A DNA stretch of 64,000 bases, taken from the NCBI GenBank assembly GCA_963727455.1, contig CAVSGG010000017.1:32001-96000 (forward strand), read 5' to 3'. Of the stretch, positions 1-10,500 are shown one piece after another. How positions within the stretch are numbered: the first letter of the stretch is position 1; each line of letters begins with the position of its first letter. The translations under genes and the position numbers were made by a program. The notes beneath the pieces were generated by a model that had not been told where the DNA came from, searched no databases, and saw only the letters and a program-made list of their open reading frames with translations. This DNA is from Candidatus Krumholzibacteriota bacterium. GTDB lineage: Bacteria > Krumholzibacteriota > Krumholzibacteriia > JAJRXK01.

Positions 1-143
1 GAAGCGAATCGACGAGTCAGGGAAAATACCTGAACGTATGGCGGAAGACAGTCGATGGACAGTGGAGAGTGTTGGTCGATATGGGGAATCAGAGCCCGCC
101 CGCCGAATGAGTTGGTTGGGTTGGTGGTGCAAGAATCCGTCGG

Positions 144-311
144 CTAAAACTCATCGAAGTCCTCGTCTTCTTCTTCGAACTCGTCCCGAGGGTGCTCGGG
201 TTCGCCGCCGCGACGCTTCAGGCGCTTTCGCTCCAGTTTTTCTTCTCGTTTCTTTTTCTTCTTCAATTCCTTCTTTCGTTTCTCCACGCCATAGTTGGTC
301 CGTTTCGCCAT
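144..311 (-). CDS. Small basic/acidic hypothetical protein (55 aa), absent from the ORF track
   Basis: Manual translation MAKRTNYGVEKRKKELKKKKKREEKLERKRLKRRGGEPEHPRDEFEEEDEDFDEF*; AGGAGG Shine-Dalgarno upstream of the ATG at 311. Confidence 0.75.
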   Translation of the reverse strand: MAKRTNYGVEKRKKELKKKKKREEKLERKRLKRRGGEPEHPRDEFEEEDEDFDEF

Positions 312-450
312 TGCGTTGAGCACCTCCTGACATGCTCGGGTTCCTCCGGCGGCGAGAGCCGGACACCCATGCCGCGCCCTTTGCCAAATTTCGACCTGCA
401 GTAGATTTTATCCGATTCGCGCCAGCGAGGGAATTGCCAAAGGCCCGGAA

Positions 451-1104
451 TTACAGCACGTAGCGCAAAACCGCGAAGTAGTGGCAAGCACTGCCCGCCA
501 GCACGAAGAGATGCCAAATTGCGTGATGGTAGGGAACGCGCCGGGAGAGGTAGAAGTAGATTCCTCCAGAATAGGCCGCCCCTCCGGCAGCGAGCAAGAG
601 AATGCCGCCCGAAGGTAAATTCGTCGCCAAGGGCCGGGCCGGCACCACCACGAGCCATCCCATGAGAAGGTACAGGGCCAATGAGATCCAGCGAAAGCGC
701 CGCCGGAGCACCGCTTCCTGGGCCACCCCGATCAGGGCCAGCCCCCAGATCACCCCGAACAGGCTCCAGCCCCATGCGCCTCGAAGCGTAACCAGAGTGA
801 AAGGCGTGTAAGTCCCGGCGATGAGCAGATAAATTGCGCTGTGGTCGAGCGCGCGGAAGACGTTCTTTGCCCGCGAGGGGGGCAGGCCGTGGTACAGAGT
901 CGAGACGAGGTAGAGGAGGAAGAGGCTCGTGCCGTAGACCGAGGCTGCCACGATCCGCCATGGATCGCCACCTTCTGCGGCATCGACCACCAGCACCAAA
1001 AGCCCCCCGAGCGCGAGAAGGGCGCCCAGGCCGTGGGTGAGGACGTGCGCGCGTTCCTCGGCGCGCGTGTGCCGGTACTCGCCGCGGTTCTCGATGGCAG
1101 GCAT
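451..1104 (-). CDS. Hemolysin III / PAQR family membrane protein (TrhA-like)
   Basis: EE-x-A-H-x-L-T-H-G, STLYH, LDHSAIYLLIAGTYTPF and HAIWHLFVLAG motifs; about 7 TM; start trimmed to MPAIEN. Confidence 0.93.
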   Translation of the reverse strand: MPAIENRGEYRHTRAEERAHVLTHGLGALLALGGLLVLVVDAAEGGDPWRIVAASVYGTSLFLLYLVSTLYHGLPPSRAKNVFRALDHSAIYLLIAGTYTPFTLVTLRGAWGWSLFGVIWGLALIGVAQEAVLRRRFRWISLALYLLMGWLVVVPARPLATNLPSGGILLLAAGGAAYSGGIYFYLSRRVPYHHAIWHLFVLAGSACHYFAVLRYVL

Positions 1105-1374
1105 CCTCGCGTAGAAGGTTCGAAGACAATGGATAGGTAGGCTGGCGAGGGCGCATTGCCAAATTGGCAGAGCGGCTCTAATCTGGAAGCTAAGTCTGCG
1201 CGGCCCGCGCCCAGTGGCCGACGCAAACTTACTTTGTGCGTCCCCCACTGCAAAAAGGAGTCCGCGGACACGGAGGCCTGGCTGCACGCCGGAGCTGGTT
1301 CTCTGTGGCCGATCGAGGGTCCTTGCGCGGGGAGTGCGCGGAGTGCTCCTACAGCTCGAAAGCCGAGTGAAGCC

Positions 1375-1731
1375 ATGCCCGAGAACCTGCGCATCGATCG
1401 CGAGCGGGGGATCATCCTGGTCGAGTCCCGTGGCGCCGTCAGTGTGGCCGACATTCGTGCGTCCATCGAGGCAGTGGAGGCGATCTTCGCCGAGGAAGGC
1501 CTCGACAAGACCCTGGTCGATGCGCGAACCCAGGACCAACCCCCCTCGATCACCGAGCTTTACGAAATCGCCTCGAATCTGCCCCGGGGCATACGGATCG
1601 CCCTTTTGACCAGCAGTGGGACTCCCGCCGAGGATGGCCTGCGCTTTTTGGAGACGGTGGCCAAGAACACCGGGCTGGAAGTGAGGGTGTTTCTCGACGA
1701 GGACGAGGCTCTACGCTGGTTGAATCACTGA
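1375..1731 (+). CDS. STAS/SEC14 (SpoIIAA-like) small alpha/beta protein
   Basis: 118 aa from MPENL; LVDAR...RIALL...VRVFLDEDEALRWL is typical of SpoIIAA-like proteins. Confidence 0.65.
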   Translation: MPENLRIDRERGIILVESRGAVSVADIRASIEAVEAIFAEEGLDKTLVDARTQDQPPSITELYEIASNLPRGIRIALLTSSGTPAEDGLRFLETVAKNTGLEVRVFLDEDEALRWLNH

Positions 1732-2780
1732 GCCTTGAGTTCGGCGTGATACACCTGACCGTAGATCTCCCATAGCGTCAGGCACACCGCCGCCAGAATG
1801 GGGCCCAGAAGAAGTCCGGGGATGCCGAACAAACTCAGACCCCCCAAAGTGCTGAAGAGAATCATGAGCTGGTGCATCTGGGTGTCCTTCCCCGCCATCA
1901 AGGGCCGCAGGAAATTGTCGACGGCTCCCACGATCAAGAGGAACCACAGGGAGAGCAAGATCGCAGTGGTCAAGTGTCCAGCCACCGCCAGATAGATCAC
2001 AGCGGGTACCCAGATGAGGCCGGTGCCCACTCCCGGAACCACGGAGAGCACGACCATGAGGGCCCCCCAGAAGACCGGACCGTGGAGACCGGCGACCCAA
2101 AAACCGATTCCGCCGAGAAGTCCCTGCAAGAGCCCGATGGCCAGCGTGCCGCGCAGCATGGCTCGGCCCACCGACACGAAGCGACTGATCATCTTCATCT
2201 CGTCATCGCGTGAAAGCGGAAGATAGTAGAGGAACTTGTCCAGGGCCTTCTGCCCATCCTTGAGCAGAAAGTACATGCAGTAGCCGAAGAGAAAGAAGTG
2301 GAAGAGGAAGTTCGCGGTGCGTCCGGTGACCCCTGCAACTCCGCTGACGAAGTAGTGACCCGTACTCTGCACGATCGCCATCACTTTGGTCAGCACTTCT
2401 TTTCGATCCAAGCCAATGTCATCGAGAATCGGCAGTAGATCGTAAACTCGGGCCAAGGGATCCGGTTTGGCGAGTTGCTGTTCCACCCATGGCCGTATGG
2501 TGTGACTCACCTCGATGGCTTGATTCGCCGCGACCACCACCATGAACAGCAAGGGGACGATCACGATCAGCAGAACGATGAGGAGAGTGGTAAGGGAGGC
2601 GAGGCTACGCTTTCCCCGGAACAGTCGTTCCAGACCTCGATAGAGCGGCTGAGACAGCCCCGAGAAGATGGCGGCCAAGAGAAAGGTGACCAGGAAATGC
2701 TTGACCATCGCGAAGAAGAGCGCGGTGATCAAGAGAGTGATCGCGAGCACGCTTGCCTTGACGAATGTCGGACGACTCAT
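1725..2780 (-). CDS. AI-2E family transporter
   Basis: Multi-TM; VDNFLRP...H-x-LMILFSTLGGLSLFGIPGLLLGP signature. Confidence 0.92.
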   Translation of the reverse strand: MSRPTFVKASVLAITLLITALFFAMVKHFLVTFLLAAIFSGLSQPLYRGLERLFRGKRSLASLTTLLIVLLIVIVPLLFMVVVAANQAIEVSHTIRPWVEQQLAKPDPLARVYDLLPILDDIGLDRKEVLTKVMAIVQSTGHYFVSGVAGVTGRTANFLFHFFLFGYCMYFLLKDGQKALDKFLYYLPLSRDDEMKMISRFVSVGRAMLRGTLAIGLLQGLLGGIGFWVAGLHGPVFWGALMVVLSVVPGVGTGLIWVPAVIYLAVAGHLTTAILLSLWFLLIVGAVDNFLRPLMAGKDTQMHQLMILFSTLGGLSLFGIPGLLLGPILAAVCLTLWEIYGQVYHAELKAQ

Positions 2781-2856
2781 GCGTGGAGGCTAGCATTGGC
2801 TGCGCAGGGGGCCAAGAACTATCGCTTCCCCTCAACCCGAGCCTGTCGCCCCGGGT

Positions 2857-3288
2857 TCAGCCAGTCATGATGTATTTCTCGAGCTGTTCTATGTGGAATT
2901 CGTGCTCCGAGATGATGGCTTTCACGACGTCGCCAATGGAGATGACTCCGACCACGTTGCCGCTGTCCACGACGGGCAGGTGGCGGATGCGGCGCTCTGT
3001 CATCACGGCCATCGCCTCTTCCACCGGAGCGTCGGGAGGGATGCACAGGACTTTAGTCGACATGATCTCCTCGACTTTGCATTCGCGTGAGGACTTTCCC
3101 TGGAGAATGACCTTGCGCGCGTAGTCTCTTTCGGAAAGCAGACCCACGAGTTTGTCGTCGGTCATCACGAGCAGGGCACCGACCCCTTTTTCCGAGAGCA
3201 TTTGGACGGCCTCGTAGACCGTAGCGTCAGGGGAGATGTGATAGATTTCGTAGCCTTTGCTCTTCAACAGGTGTTTGATCTTCTTCAT
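2857..3288 (-). CDS. CBS domain pair protein
   Basis: LVGLLSERDY, RIRHLPVV, GVISIGDVVK; GAGGAG RBS before MKKIK. Confidence 0.93.
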   Translation of the reverse strand: MKKIKHLLKSKGYEIYHISPDATVYEAVQMLSEKGVGALLVMTDDKLVGLLSERDYARKVILQGKSSRECKVEEIMSTKVLCIPPDAPVEEAMAVMTERRIRHLPVVDSGNVVGVISIGDVVKAIISEHEFHIEQLEKYIMTG

Positions 3289-3469
3289 ACGAACTCCTCT
3301 TGAGCGGGCGCAAACGAGAAGGCACCAAGGGACGTCCCTTTCAAAAGATCTACAGCGGCGGAGGGGTGGGCGCAAGCCAAGGTTCCATCCGCCAAGGGCT
3401 TAGGACGGAGTCTTTTGGCCGCGTTTCCGCCTGCACAGTTTGCTAGGCAAGGGGGCCGAGGCATGGTAG

Positions 3470-3509
3470 GAAGTCTCCTAGTGGCTTGTTCCTCAGCCCA
3501 GGAGACTTC
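3470..3509 (+). promoter_or_regulatory. Hairpin sequestering the Shine-Dalgarno of the AGCS transporter gene
   Basis: Perfect 10-bp inverted repeat GAAGTCTCCT (3470-3479) / AGGAGACTTC (3500-3509) plus inner GGCT/AGCC; 3' arm contains AGGAG just before ATG 3512. Confidence 0.45.
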
Positions 3510-3511
3510 GC

Positions 3512-4870
3512 ATGGCGCAGCTCACCTTCCTCTTGAGGCAGGCTTCGGATTTCATTTGGGGTCCGTGGCTGCTCATTCCTCTGCTGCTCTTTACAGGCCT
3601 CTACCTGACGCTGCGCCTCAAGGGTCTGCAGTTCAAGGAGCTGTACGGTGCCCTGTACTTGGCATTGATCGTCCGCAAGGACAAGGGTGCCACGGGGGAC
3701 ATCTCGCACTTTCAGGCGCTGATGACCGCACTGGCCGCTACGGTCGGTACGGGGAACATCGTAGGCGTGGCCACCGCGATTGCCCTGGGTGGACCAGGCG
3801 CCGTTTTTTGGATGTGGATGACCGGCCTGTTGGGGATGGCTACCAAGTACTCCGAAGCTCTGCTCGCCGTCCACTATCGCGTAACCGATCACCGCGGCGA
3901 GCAGGCGGGTGGTCCCATGTACTATCTCTCGCGGGGAATTCGCGCGCAGCCCTTGGGCAAGATCCTCGGCCTTCTCTTCGCGATCTTCGCAGCAATCGCG
4001 GCCTTCGGGATTGGCAACATGGTGCAATCGAACTCCGTTGCACAAGCATTGCACGAGAGCTTCAACATCTCCGTCGTCCTCACGGGGATCGTGCTGGCCG
4101 TTGGCGCGGGAGCGGTGATCCTAGGGGGAATTCGCAGTATTGGAAGGTTCACTTCTGCCTTCGTGCCCGTGATGATCGCCGTATACATGGCGGGGACGCT
4201 CGTCATTTTGCTTCGATTCGCCGGGGCAATTCCCCACGCGCTGGTGCTCATCATCCACGACGCCTTCAACGGAACTGCACTCAGCGGTGGATTTGCCGGT
4301 GCGGCAGTGGCTGCCGCGATCCGCTTCGGAGTTGCCCGGGGAATCTTCTCGAACGAATCGGGATTGGGCTCCGCCGCCATCGCCGCTGCGGCAGCGCAAA
4401 CCGAAGAACCCGTCCGGCAGGCCATGGTCTCCATGACCCAGACTTTCATCGATACCATCGTCGTATGTTCACTCACTGCCCTGGTCATTCTTACCACCGG
4501 CGCCTGGGAGAGCGGCGCAAACGGCGCCCCTCTCACCCAACTGGCGTTCAGTCGTGGTCTTCCCGGAGAATGGGGGGGATGGCTGGTGGCGATCAGTCTT
4601 TCGATGTTCGCCTTCTCGACCATTCTAGGCTGGAGTTACTACGGGGAGAAGAGCATCGAGTATCTGCTCGGAGAACGCTGGATTCCGGTCTACCGGGTTC
4701 TCTTCGTGGCAGCAGTTCTGTTTGGGGCCATTCGCAGTCTCAATTTTGTGTGGACCGTTTCGGACGTAATGAACGGTCTGATGGCTCTGCCGAACCTCAT
4801 CGGTCTTTTGCTCTTGAGCGGGGTCATCGTCGGCCAGACGCGCAGCTACTTCCAAAGGCGAGCGCGCTAG
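3512..4870 (+). CDS. Alanine/glycine:cation symporter (AGCS family)
   Basis: [43 protein letters not shown] motifs. Confidence 0.96.
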   Translation: MAQLTFLLRQASDFIWGPWLLIPLLLFTGLYLTLRLKGLQFKELYGALYLALIVRKDKGATGDISHFQALMTALAATVGTGNIVGVATAIALGGPGAVFWMWMTGLLGMATKYSEALLAVHYRVTDHRGEQAGGPMYYLSRGIRAQPLGKILGLLFAIFAAIAAFGIGNMVQSNSVAQALHESFNISVVLTGIVLAVGAGAVILGGIRSIGRFTSAFVPVMIAVYMAGTLVILLRFAGAIPHALVLIIHDAFNGTALSGGFAGAAVAAAIRFGVARGIFSNESGLGSAAIAAAAAQTEEPVRQAMVSMTQTFIDTIVVCSLTALVILTTGAWESGANGAPLTQLAFSRGLPGEWGGWLVAISLSMFAFSTILGWSYYGEKSIEYLLGERWIPVYRVLFVAAVLFGAIRSLNFVWTVSDVMNGLMALPNLIGLLLLSGVIVGQTRSYFQRRAR

Positions 4871-4892
4871 GAGAGTCTCGAGCCCACGCGTT

Positions 4893-5564
4893 TCAGTGTA
4901 GTACTCTCTTCAGCCACGCGCCGATGGCCTGGATCTCTTCCAGCACGACCTGGTGTTGCATGGGGTACTCGTGCCATTGTACCGAGTAACCCAATTCCCG
5001 CAGACGGTCGCGCGCCGCGGTGCCCTTGTCGAAGGGAACCATGGGGTCGAAGGTTCCGTGAGCCTGAAAGATGGGAATGTCGGCGTTGATCCCACTGCGC
5101 TCCCGCTCGAGACTCGACTCCAGGAGCAAATAGGTGCTCAGAGCCAGGATACCCGCTAGACGCTCTGAGTAGCGCAACCCCGTGAACAGTGAAATCGCTC
5201 CGCCCTGGGAGAACCCGGCCAGGAGGATACACTCGCTGGGGACGCCGCGCTCGTTTTCCCGGACGATGAGTTCCTCGAGCCGTCCCGAGGAATCTCGGAT
5301 GCCCTTTTCGTCGTGTCCACGCTTCAAATCGAGCTCGACGATGTCGTACCAAGCTCGCATGACCATTCCCTGGTTCAGGGTCACCGGGATTCTAGGCGCA
5401 TGAGGGAAGACGAAACGAATCGCGTGGTCCTCGGGAAGTCCCAGGGCAGGCACGATCGGCGGAAAATCGTGGCCGTCAGCGCCCAATCCGTGCAGCCAGA
5501 TCACCGAGCTGGTGGCCTTTTGGCGGGGTTCGATTTCAACGCATTCCAGATATGCGGCACTCAC
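4893..5564 (-). CDS. Carboxylesterase / acyl-protein thioesterase (alpha/beta hydrolase)
   Basis: WLHGLGADG, GFSQGG nucleophile elbow, HGTFDPMVP, MQH. Confidence 0.93.
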   Translation of the reverse strand: MSAAYLECVEIEPRQKATSSVIWLHGLGADGHDFPPIVPALGLPEDHAIRFVFPHAPRIPVTLNQGMVMRAWYDIVELDLKRGHDEKGIRDSSGRLEELIVRENERGVPSECILLAGFSQGGAISLFTGLRYSERLAGILALSTYLLLESSLERERSGINADIPIFQAHGTFDPMVPFDKGTAARDRLRELGYSVQWHEYPMQHQVVLEEIQAIGAWLKRVLH

Positions 5565-5713
5565 ATCGCTTCCTCGCGAAACAGGGTCCCCGGCAAGCTA
5601 TTTCCAGCCGAAGCTGTGGGCAAGTCCAATTCCACTCACCCGATGCTCGCGCATGGCTTCCTTTGCGCGTACTCTTCGAGCTAGGAGTTTCGCACCACAT
5701 CTGGAGGCATAGG

Positions 5714-6376
5714 ATGAAACGCTTCACTCTCGCGCGGGTCTTCGTCCTCGCACTCGTCTTCGGGCTATTCTCTTCGGCTACGGCTACGGCAGCCAAGAAG
5801 GACCGTCAGCAGCCACGCATTGCCAAGCAAAAGGTCGATGTGCCGCTCGACAAGATTCGAGTGAGCGACGGCGATACCATGGTCATCGATTGGGCCGAGG
5901 GTGATCGCGAGCGAGTTCGTGTCTTGGGAATCGATACCCCTGAGATCGCCCACGAAGGCCACTTTCTCACCGAGGATCAACCGCACGGGCAGGAAGCGCG
6001 CGAATTCGCCACGAAACTCTTCGCTGAGGCCAAGCACATTCAGCTCTTGCGTGCCGACCAAACCGATACCTACGGTCGCACCCTCGGCTTCTTCTTCCTG
6101 GACGGGGAAAACTACTCGCCGATGGTGTTGCGCGCGCGGCTGGCCTACGAGACGGTGAGTCATTACGGCGACAACGGCTTCCCTGAGGAGGCGGCAGAGT
6201 GTCTGCAGGCCGCGAAGGAGGCCCAGAAGGAAGGGAAGTTGGACTTCGAGCAGCCCTATCTCTTTCGGCGCATGATGCGCGAGCGTCAGGAGGCTGCCAA
6301 GGCACCCAAGTCGAAGCGGCCGAGCAAGGCTTCCGAGAATGCCAAGGAGAAGAAGGCCGAAGGGGGCGGGCGCTAG
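5714..6376 (+). CDS. Secreted thermonuclease (SNase-like) family protein
   Basis: Signal peptide; VSDGDT, RVRVLGIDTPE, DTYGRTL motifs; Lys-rich tail. Confidence 0.9.
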   Translation: MKRFTLARVFVLALVFGLFSSATATAAKKDRQQPRIAKQKVDVPLDKIRVSDGDTMVIDWAEGDRERVRVLGIDTPEIAHEGHFLTEDQPHGQEAREFATKLFAEAKHIQLLRADQTDTYGRTLGFFFLDGENYSPMVLRARLAYETVSHYGDNGFPEEAAECLQAAKEAQKEGKLDFEQPYLFRRMMRERQEAAKAPKSKRPSKASENAKEKKAEGGGR

Positions 6377-7626
6377 GCGGGGGCTTCGAGCTTGGTTTCT
6401 CCCAAAGTCTCATTCAAAACGCGGTGAAGTCGTTCCCCGCGCGAGTCGGGACCGTAATTGGCTCGCACGAACTCATAGCCCGCCACGGACAGCTCGCTGG
6501 AACGCTCGGGATCCTCCAGGAAGCGCCAGGCTCGCGCCCATTCGGCCGGGTTCTCGGCCTGCAAATAGTGAGTTCCAGCCTCCGCTCCCGATCCCCTGGC
6601 CGCCACCGGGGTGCAGATGACGGGGCGCCCGGCGGCCTGCGCCTCCAGCATGCGATAGCGCAGGCCCCCCGCGTATTCCAGGGGGACCACGACCGCGTCG
6701 CAGGCCGCGAGTTCCCTCTCCAAGTCGTCCACCCAGCCCACTGCAACTGCACCGGCCTTCTCGATGATACGTCTGAGCTTCGAGCCGAGACCGGCGCCCG
6801 CCACGCGTAGCTCCGGCGGGCGCTCGATGCCGCGCAAGATTGCGGGCCAGCTCTCCTGCAGAAAGCGAACGAGGCCATCGCGATTGAAACTGGCTGACCA
6901 GTGCCCGTAGCAGAGCCAGCGTTGGGGCGCCTCGGCCTTTCTCGGTGCGGGATCCAGCGGGTTCGTTCTGACCGGCACCACCGCGGGCCACACGCCAAGA
7001 GCCGGTCGCTTCTTGCCAGGCATGGTATCCAGGGCGTGCGAAGCCAGGCGCATATCATCCTCGGTCAAACACAACAGGGCGTCGCAGGAGAGAAGAGCTT
7101 TTTTCTCCGCGCGGCGCAGACGTTCGGCGATGCGGGGAAGCGGACCTTCGGGATCGCTGTTCAGTCGCGCCGCCTCGCGCTGGTACTCCAGATCGGAGAG
7201 CACGAGTACACGTCGGCCGGCCGGGCCCAGTGCCACCGCCGCGGACTGGTACCAAAACGGGCCGACGACGATCGCCTCGGGATCGGCCGCCACCTCTTCC
7301 CTTACCATCTCCTGCATGCGTTCCGTGCACGCAAAGATCTGGATTCGCGGCACATTCTCCCGCCACGACCGCAGTGACGAATCCAACCTTCTGCGAAGGC
7401 GCGAAAACGCGCGTAGGTCGGCCCAATCCTGATCCAGGCGGATCTGAAAGCCTTCGCTCTGAAGTTGCTGACGGGCCGCTTCGCTGCCCGCTCCCGCGCG
7501 TGAGATCCAGCGGACCTGTCCCAAGGCGAGGAGGCTTCGCGCCAATTCGAGAGTGAAGCGCCGGCTACCCTGGTTGGCGGGCCAGGGGAGGAGGGTCGTG
7601 CTCAAGACGAAGCGTGGACCACTCAT
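6373..7626 (-). CDS. Glycosyltransferase family 4
   Basis: GT-B C-terminal: VGWVDDL...VVVPLEYAGGLRYRMLEAQAAGRPVI. Confidence 0.85.
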   Translation of the reverse strand: MSGPRFVLSTTLLPWPANQGSRRFTLELARSLLALGQVRWISRAGAGSEAARQQLQSEGFQIRLDQDWADLRAFSRLRRRLDSSLRSWRENVPRIQIFACTERMQEMVREEVAADPEAIVVGPFWYQSAAVALGPAGRRVLVLSDLEYQREAARLNSDPEGPLPRIAERLRRAEKKALLSCDALLCLTEDDMRLASHALDTMPGKKRPALGVWPAVVPVRTNPLDPAPRKAEAPQRWLCYGHWSASFNRDGLVRFLQESWPAILRGIERPPELRVAGAGLGSKLRRIIEKAGAVAVGWVDDLERELAACDAVVVPLEYAGGLRYRMLEAQAAGRPVICTPVAARGSGAEAGTHYLQAENPAEWARAWRFLEDPERSSELSVAGYEFVRANYGPDSRGERLHRVLNETLGETKLEAPA

Positions 7627-8777
7627 GCGCGCTCGCCCCCGTGTACCGCGAAGGTGGAGGATGTCATTCTCTGCAGCGTGTGATGCATCTGGTAGCGTTG
7701 TCTACCTGCACGGCCGAAGCGAATGCGAGTGGCACGGTCCGCCATCAGTTCTCCGAGTGCGAAATAGAGGGCTCGCGAATCTGTGGGTGGAACGAGTAGA
7801 CCGTTCTCATCGTGTTTCAGGAGTTCCTTGACTCCGTCCACATCTGTTGCCACCAGGGGAAGTCCCTGACAGATCCCCTCCAAGAGCGACAGCGGCATGC
7901 CTTCTCTGCGACTCGCCAATACCATTAGGTCACAAGCCCGGAGAATCTCCACCACGTCGTCGCGATGGCCCGCCAGATGGATTCTCTCGTTGAGCCCCGC
8001 CTCGCCGATATGGCGTTTCAACTCGGATCGATCCGATCCTTCACCCACGAACCACATCTGAAAGGGAGTTCCCTGACCCGCGAGCCGAGCGAGTCCTGCG
8101 ATCAGCACGTCTCCTCCCTTTCGCAGATCGAGCGCTCCCAGCTGGACGATGCGCGGGCCGCCTCCGCGCTCGCGGGCCGCCAAATCCGCTGGCATCGGTG
8201 CCTCTTCCTCGGCCCAGATCACACCCTGGGGATTTCTATCGGGCACTCCGTTGAGCACCGTGAATACGCGTGCGGGTGAGTAGTGAAATGTGTCGATCAG
8301 GACAGAGCGGTGAGCCTCACACACCGCGATAGTGGCATCCACGGCATGGACTGCGACGCGCTTGGCCCAGTAACGCTTTCCCACTTTGCCCACCCCGGGG
8401 AGGTGCTCGGTGGCCACGATGCGTCCCACCTTCGCCCATTTGGCGGCCAATGGGGCCAGCCCGAAGATTCCGTCGTAGGGATGGGGGAAATTGAAGTGCA
8501 CTATCTCGGGAGCCAGGCTTTCGAGTTCGCGGTAGAGCCCCCTCCACTGCGCCCGCCAAGATCCTTCGGGCAGGCGCCGGACGGCGAATCCGTTCTTCTC
8601 CAGTTTCTCGAGCCAAGGCAATAGGGTGGGCCGCTCGAGGGCGATCAGGCCCAGTCGTTCGGGCCCGGCTGCCTCCAGGTGCCACTGGAGATAGGTTTCC
8701 GCCCCTCCGAAATAGGGGGCGTCACAGTAGAACCAGTGCGGTGGGAGAGACGAAGTTCTCATGGCCGCGGTGACCAT
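7623..8777 (-). CDS. Glycosyltransferase family 4
   Basis: GGAE at N-terminus; SRREGMPLSLLEGICQGLPLVATDVDG (EX7E). Confidence 0.92.
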   Translation of the reverse strand: MVTAAMRTSSLPPHWFYCDAPYFGGAETYLQWHLEAAGPERLGLIALERPTLLPWLEKLEKNGFAVRRLPEGSWRAQWRGLYRELESLAPEIVHFNFPHPYDGIFGLAPLAAKWAKVGRIVATEHLPGVGKVGKRYWAKRVAVHAVDATIAVCEAHRSVLIDTFHYSPARVFTVLNGVPDRNPQGVIWAEEEAPMPADLAARERGGGPRIVQLGALDLRKGGDVLIAGLARLAGQGTPFQMWFVGEGSDRSELKRHIGEAGLNERIHLAGHRDDVVEILRACDLMVLASRREGMPLSLLEGICQGLPLVATDVDGVKELLKHDENGLLVPPTDSRALYFALGELMADRATRIRFGRAGRQRYQMHHTLQRMTSSTFAVHGGERA

Positions 8778-8866
8778 GACACAGAGAGAAGCCCCACGTC
8801 CAGATCGACCTGGGGCTTGCCCGAAGCAGGTGTCGCATCACTCAGCAGCGGCCATCCGCTTCACCG

Positions 8867-9829
8867 TTACTTGGACTTTCGCTCTTCCAGCAGCTTCTGA
8901 AGTTTCTTCTCGATAGCCTCGAGTCTTTTCTGCAGGTCCTCCATCTCGACCTGCTTGTCCTCCAGCTTCTTCTGATACGCCTCGAGCGCCTTTTCCGTCG
9001 GCGAGATGATTCCTACGCTTGCTCCGTCATCGTCCCCACCCTGGCTGTAGAAGCGGAAGGTGTGGGGCAGATCCGGGGTATCGACGTCGTAATTGAAGTC
9101 CTTGTTGAAGTTGAAATTGAAGTTCTTCCCGTCGAGGGCGAAGAACCCGTGACCCTCGTTCTTTTCGGGCTTGGCCTTGATGGTAATGCTCTTGCCCTTG
9201 CGCAAGACGGTCAGGGTAATCGTGTCGCCTTCCTTGATCTCCCGCAGCTTCTTGCGGAGGTCGGAAATGTCACTCACTTCCTCGCCGTCGATGCGGGTGA
9301 TGATATCGTAGGCCTTCAATCCCGCCTTCTCGGCTGGACTGTCCTCGATGACCGAACGCACTAAAATCCCCTCATCTTCGTCCAGTCCCAGTTGGGCGGT
9401 CATGGCATCGTCGACCTCGCCGATGGTGACACCGAGGTAGAGGCCCTGGTTCATCTTGCCGATGGTCCAGCTGTGGGACTTGCCGCTGGGAACCGTTGAG
9501 GAATAGATCACATTTCCCTCGTCATCAACGAGGCACTGGTAGACCACCCGGCCATCGTCATCGAGAACGATGCGGGTGTTTCCATGCTTGATGATCCGGT
9601 CCTCGGGCAGGGGCTCACCATCCTCGAGGATGCTCCATTTCCCGTCTTGCTTCTGCACGACGTAGGAGTGTTGCTGCCCGTCGTCGCCGACGATCGTGAT
9701 GTTGCTGGTGGACTTGTCCTTGGACTTGGCCTCGGCTGCGTTCGCCAACGCTCCCCACAGGGCCAGCGCGCCCATCACGAAGAGCACCGCAACCACGATT
9801 TGAATGACTCGTTCCTTGTTGACTATCAC
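8867..9829 (-). CDS. Exported PDZ domain protein with C-terminal coiled coil and no protease domain
   Basis: Signal peptide; YLGV...GILVRSVIEDSPAEKAGLKAYDIITRIDG PDZ; heptad-like C-terminus. Confidence 0.85.
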   Translation of the reverse strand: MIVNKERVIQIVVAVLFVMGALALWGALANAAEAKSKDKSTSNITIVGDDGQQHSYVVQKQDGKWSILEDGEPLPEDRIIKHGNTRIVLDDDGRVVYQCLVDDEGNVIYSSTVPSGKSHSWTIGKMNQGLYLGVTIGEVDDAMTAQLGLDEDEGILVRSVIEDSPAEKAGLKAYDIITRIDGEEVSDISDLRKKLREIKEGDTITLTVLRKGKSITIKAKPEKNEGHGFFALDGKNFNFNFNKDFNYDVDTPDLPHTFRFYSQGGDDDGASVGIISPTEKALEAYQKKLEDKQVEMEDLQKRLEAIEKKLQKLLEERKSK

Positions 9830-9887
9830 GTCGTTTCCTCCCAGGTGGGCCGTGCAGGCCGAGATGGGGACCCTTGGTCCCCGGCTA

Positions 9888-10499
9888 CTAGAGATGTTCG
9901 CGCCGGTCGGGTTCGTATTTGGCCGGAATGACCACGGGGTTGCCCCATTCGTCGGGCGCGGCTTCGTAGAGACTCTTCACGCGCCGGCGCTCGAGCATGC
10001 GGCGCAGGTAGACGACTTCGGTTCCCTTTCCCTGAGGCGCCGGCTTGCGGTCGACGACCAAAAGGGGGAGTTCCTCCACCAGGCGTCCCTCGCGGGTGCC
10101 CGCCTGCCGGTAAAGGTCGAGGGCTTGCTGCATCGTGGCGGCCTCCGCGGGCGGAGCCGTCGTCGAAGGGGTGCCGGGGATACCGGTCAGCCAGAAAAGA
10201 GCGATGCAGGCGGCGACGGCCCAGCCAATCCAGGGACCCGGACGGAAACGCCGGATCGGAGCGGGGCTGGTCGAGGAGCGCTGGGCGGCCGCCGCGCGGA
10301 GATCGTCCAGCTCCAGGGCTTCGGCTCGGAGCGCGGTATCGGCGACCCCCAGATTCAGCTCGTTCTGGTCCTTCAACGACAGTGCGAGGCGGTGCCAGAG
10401 CTGTGGATCCTGCTGAGCCTTGAGCTCGAGTTCTTCCCAGGCGGCTGGCTCAGCCGAACCGCTGAGTACGCGATGAATGAGGGTAGCTTCGTGTCTCAT
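9888..10499 (-). CDS. Putative single-pass anti-sigma factor
   Basis: 1 nt downstream of an ECF sigma gene; N-terminal helical domain, then TM WIGWAVAACIALFWL. Confidence 0.7.
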   Translation of the reverse strand: MRHEATLIHRVLSGSAEPAAWEELELKAQQDPQLWHRLALSLKDQNELNLGVADTALRAEALELDDLRAAAAQRSSTSPAPIRRFRPGPWIGWAVAACIALFWLTGIPGTPSTTAPPAEAATMQQALDLYRQAGTREGRLVEELPLLVVDRKPAPQGKGTEVVYLRRMLERRRVKSLYEAAPDEWGNPVVIPAKYEPDRREHL

Positions 10500-10500
10500 G

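Noticed and set aside
3300-3511. Glycine riboswitch upstream of the AGCS gene
   Set aside because: The conserved GGAGA...CCGAAG...CTCTCAGG elements were not found.
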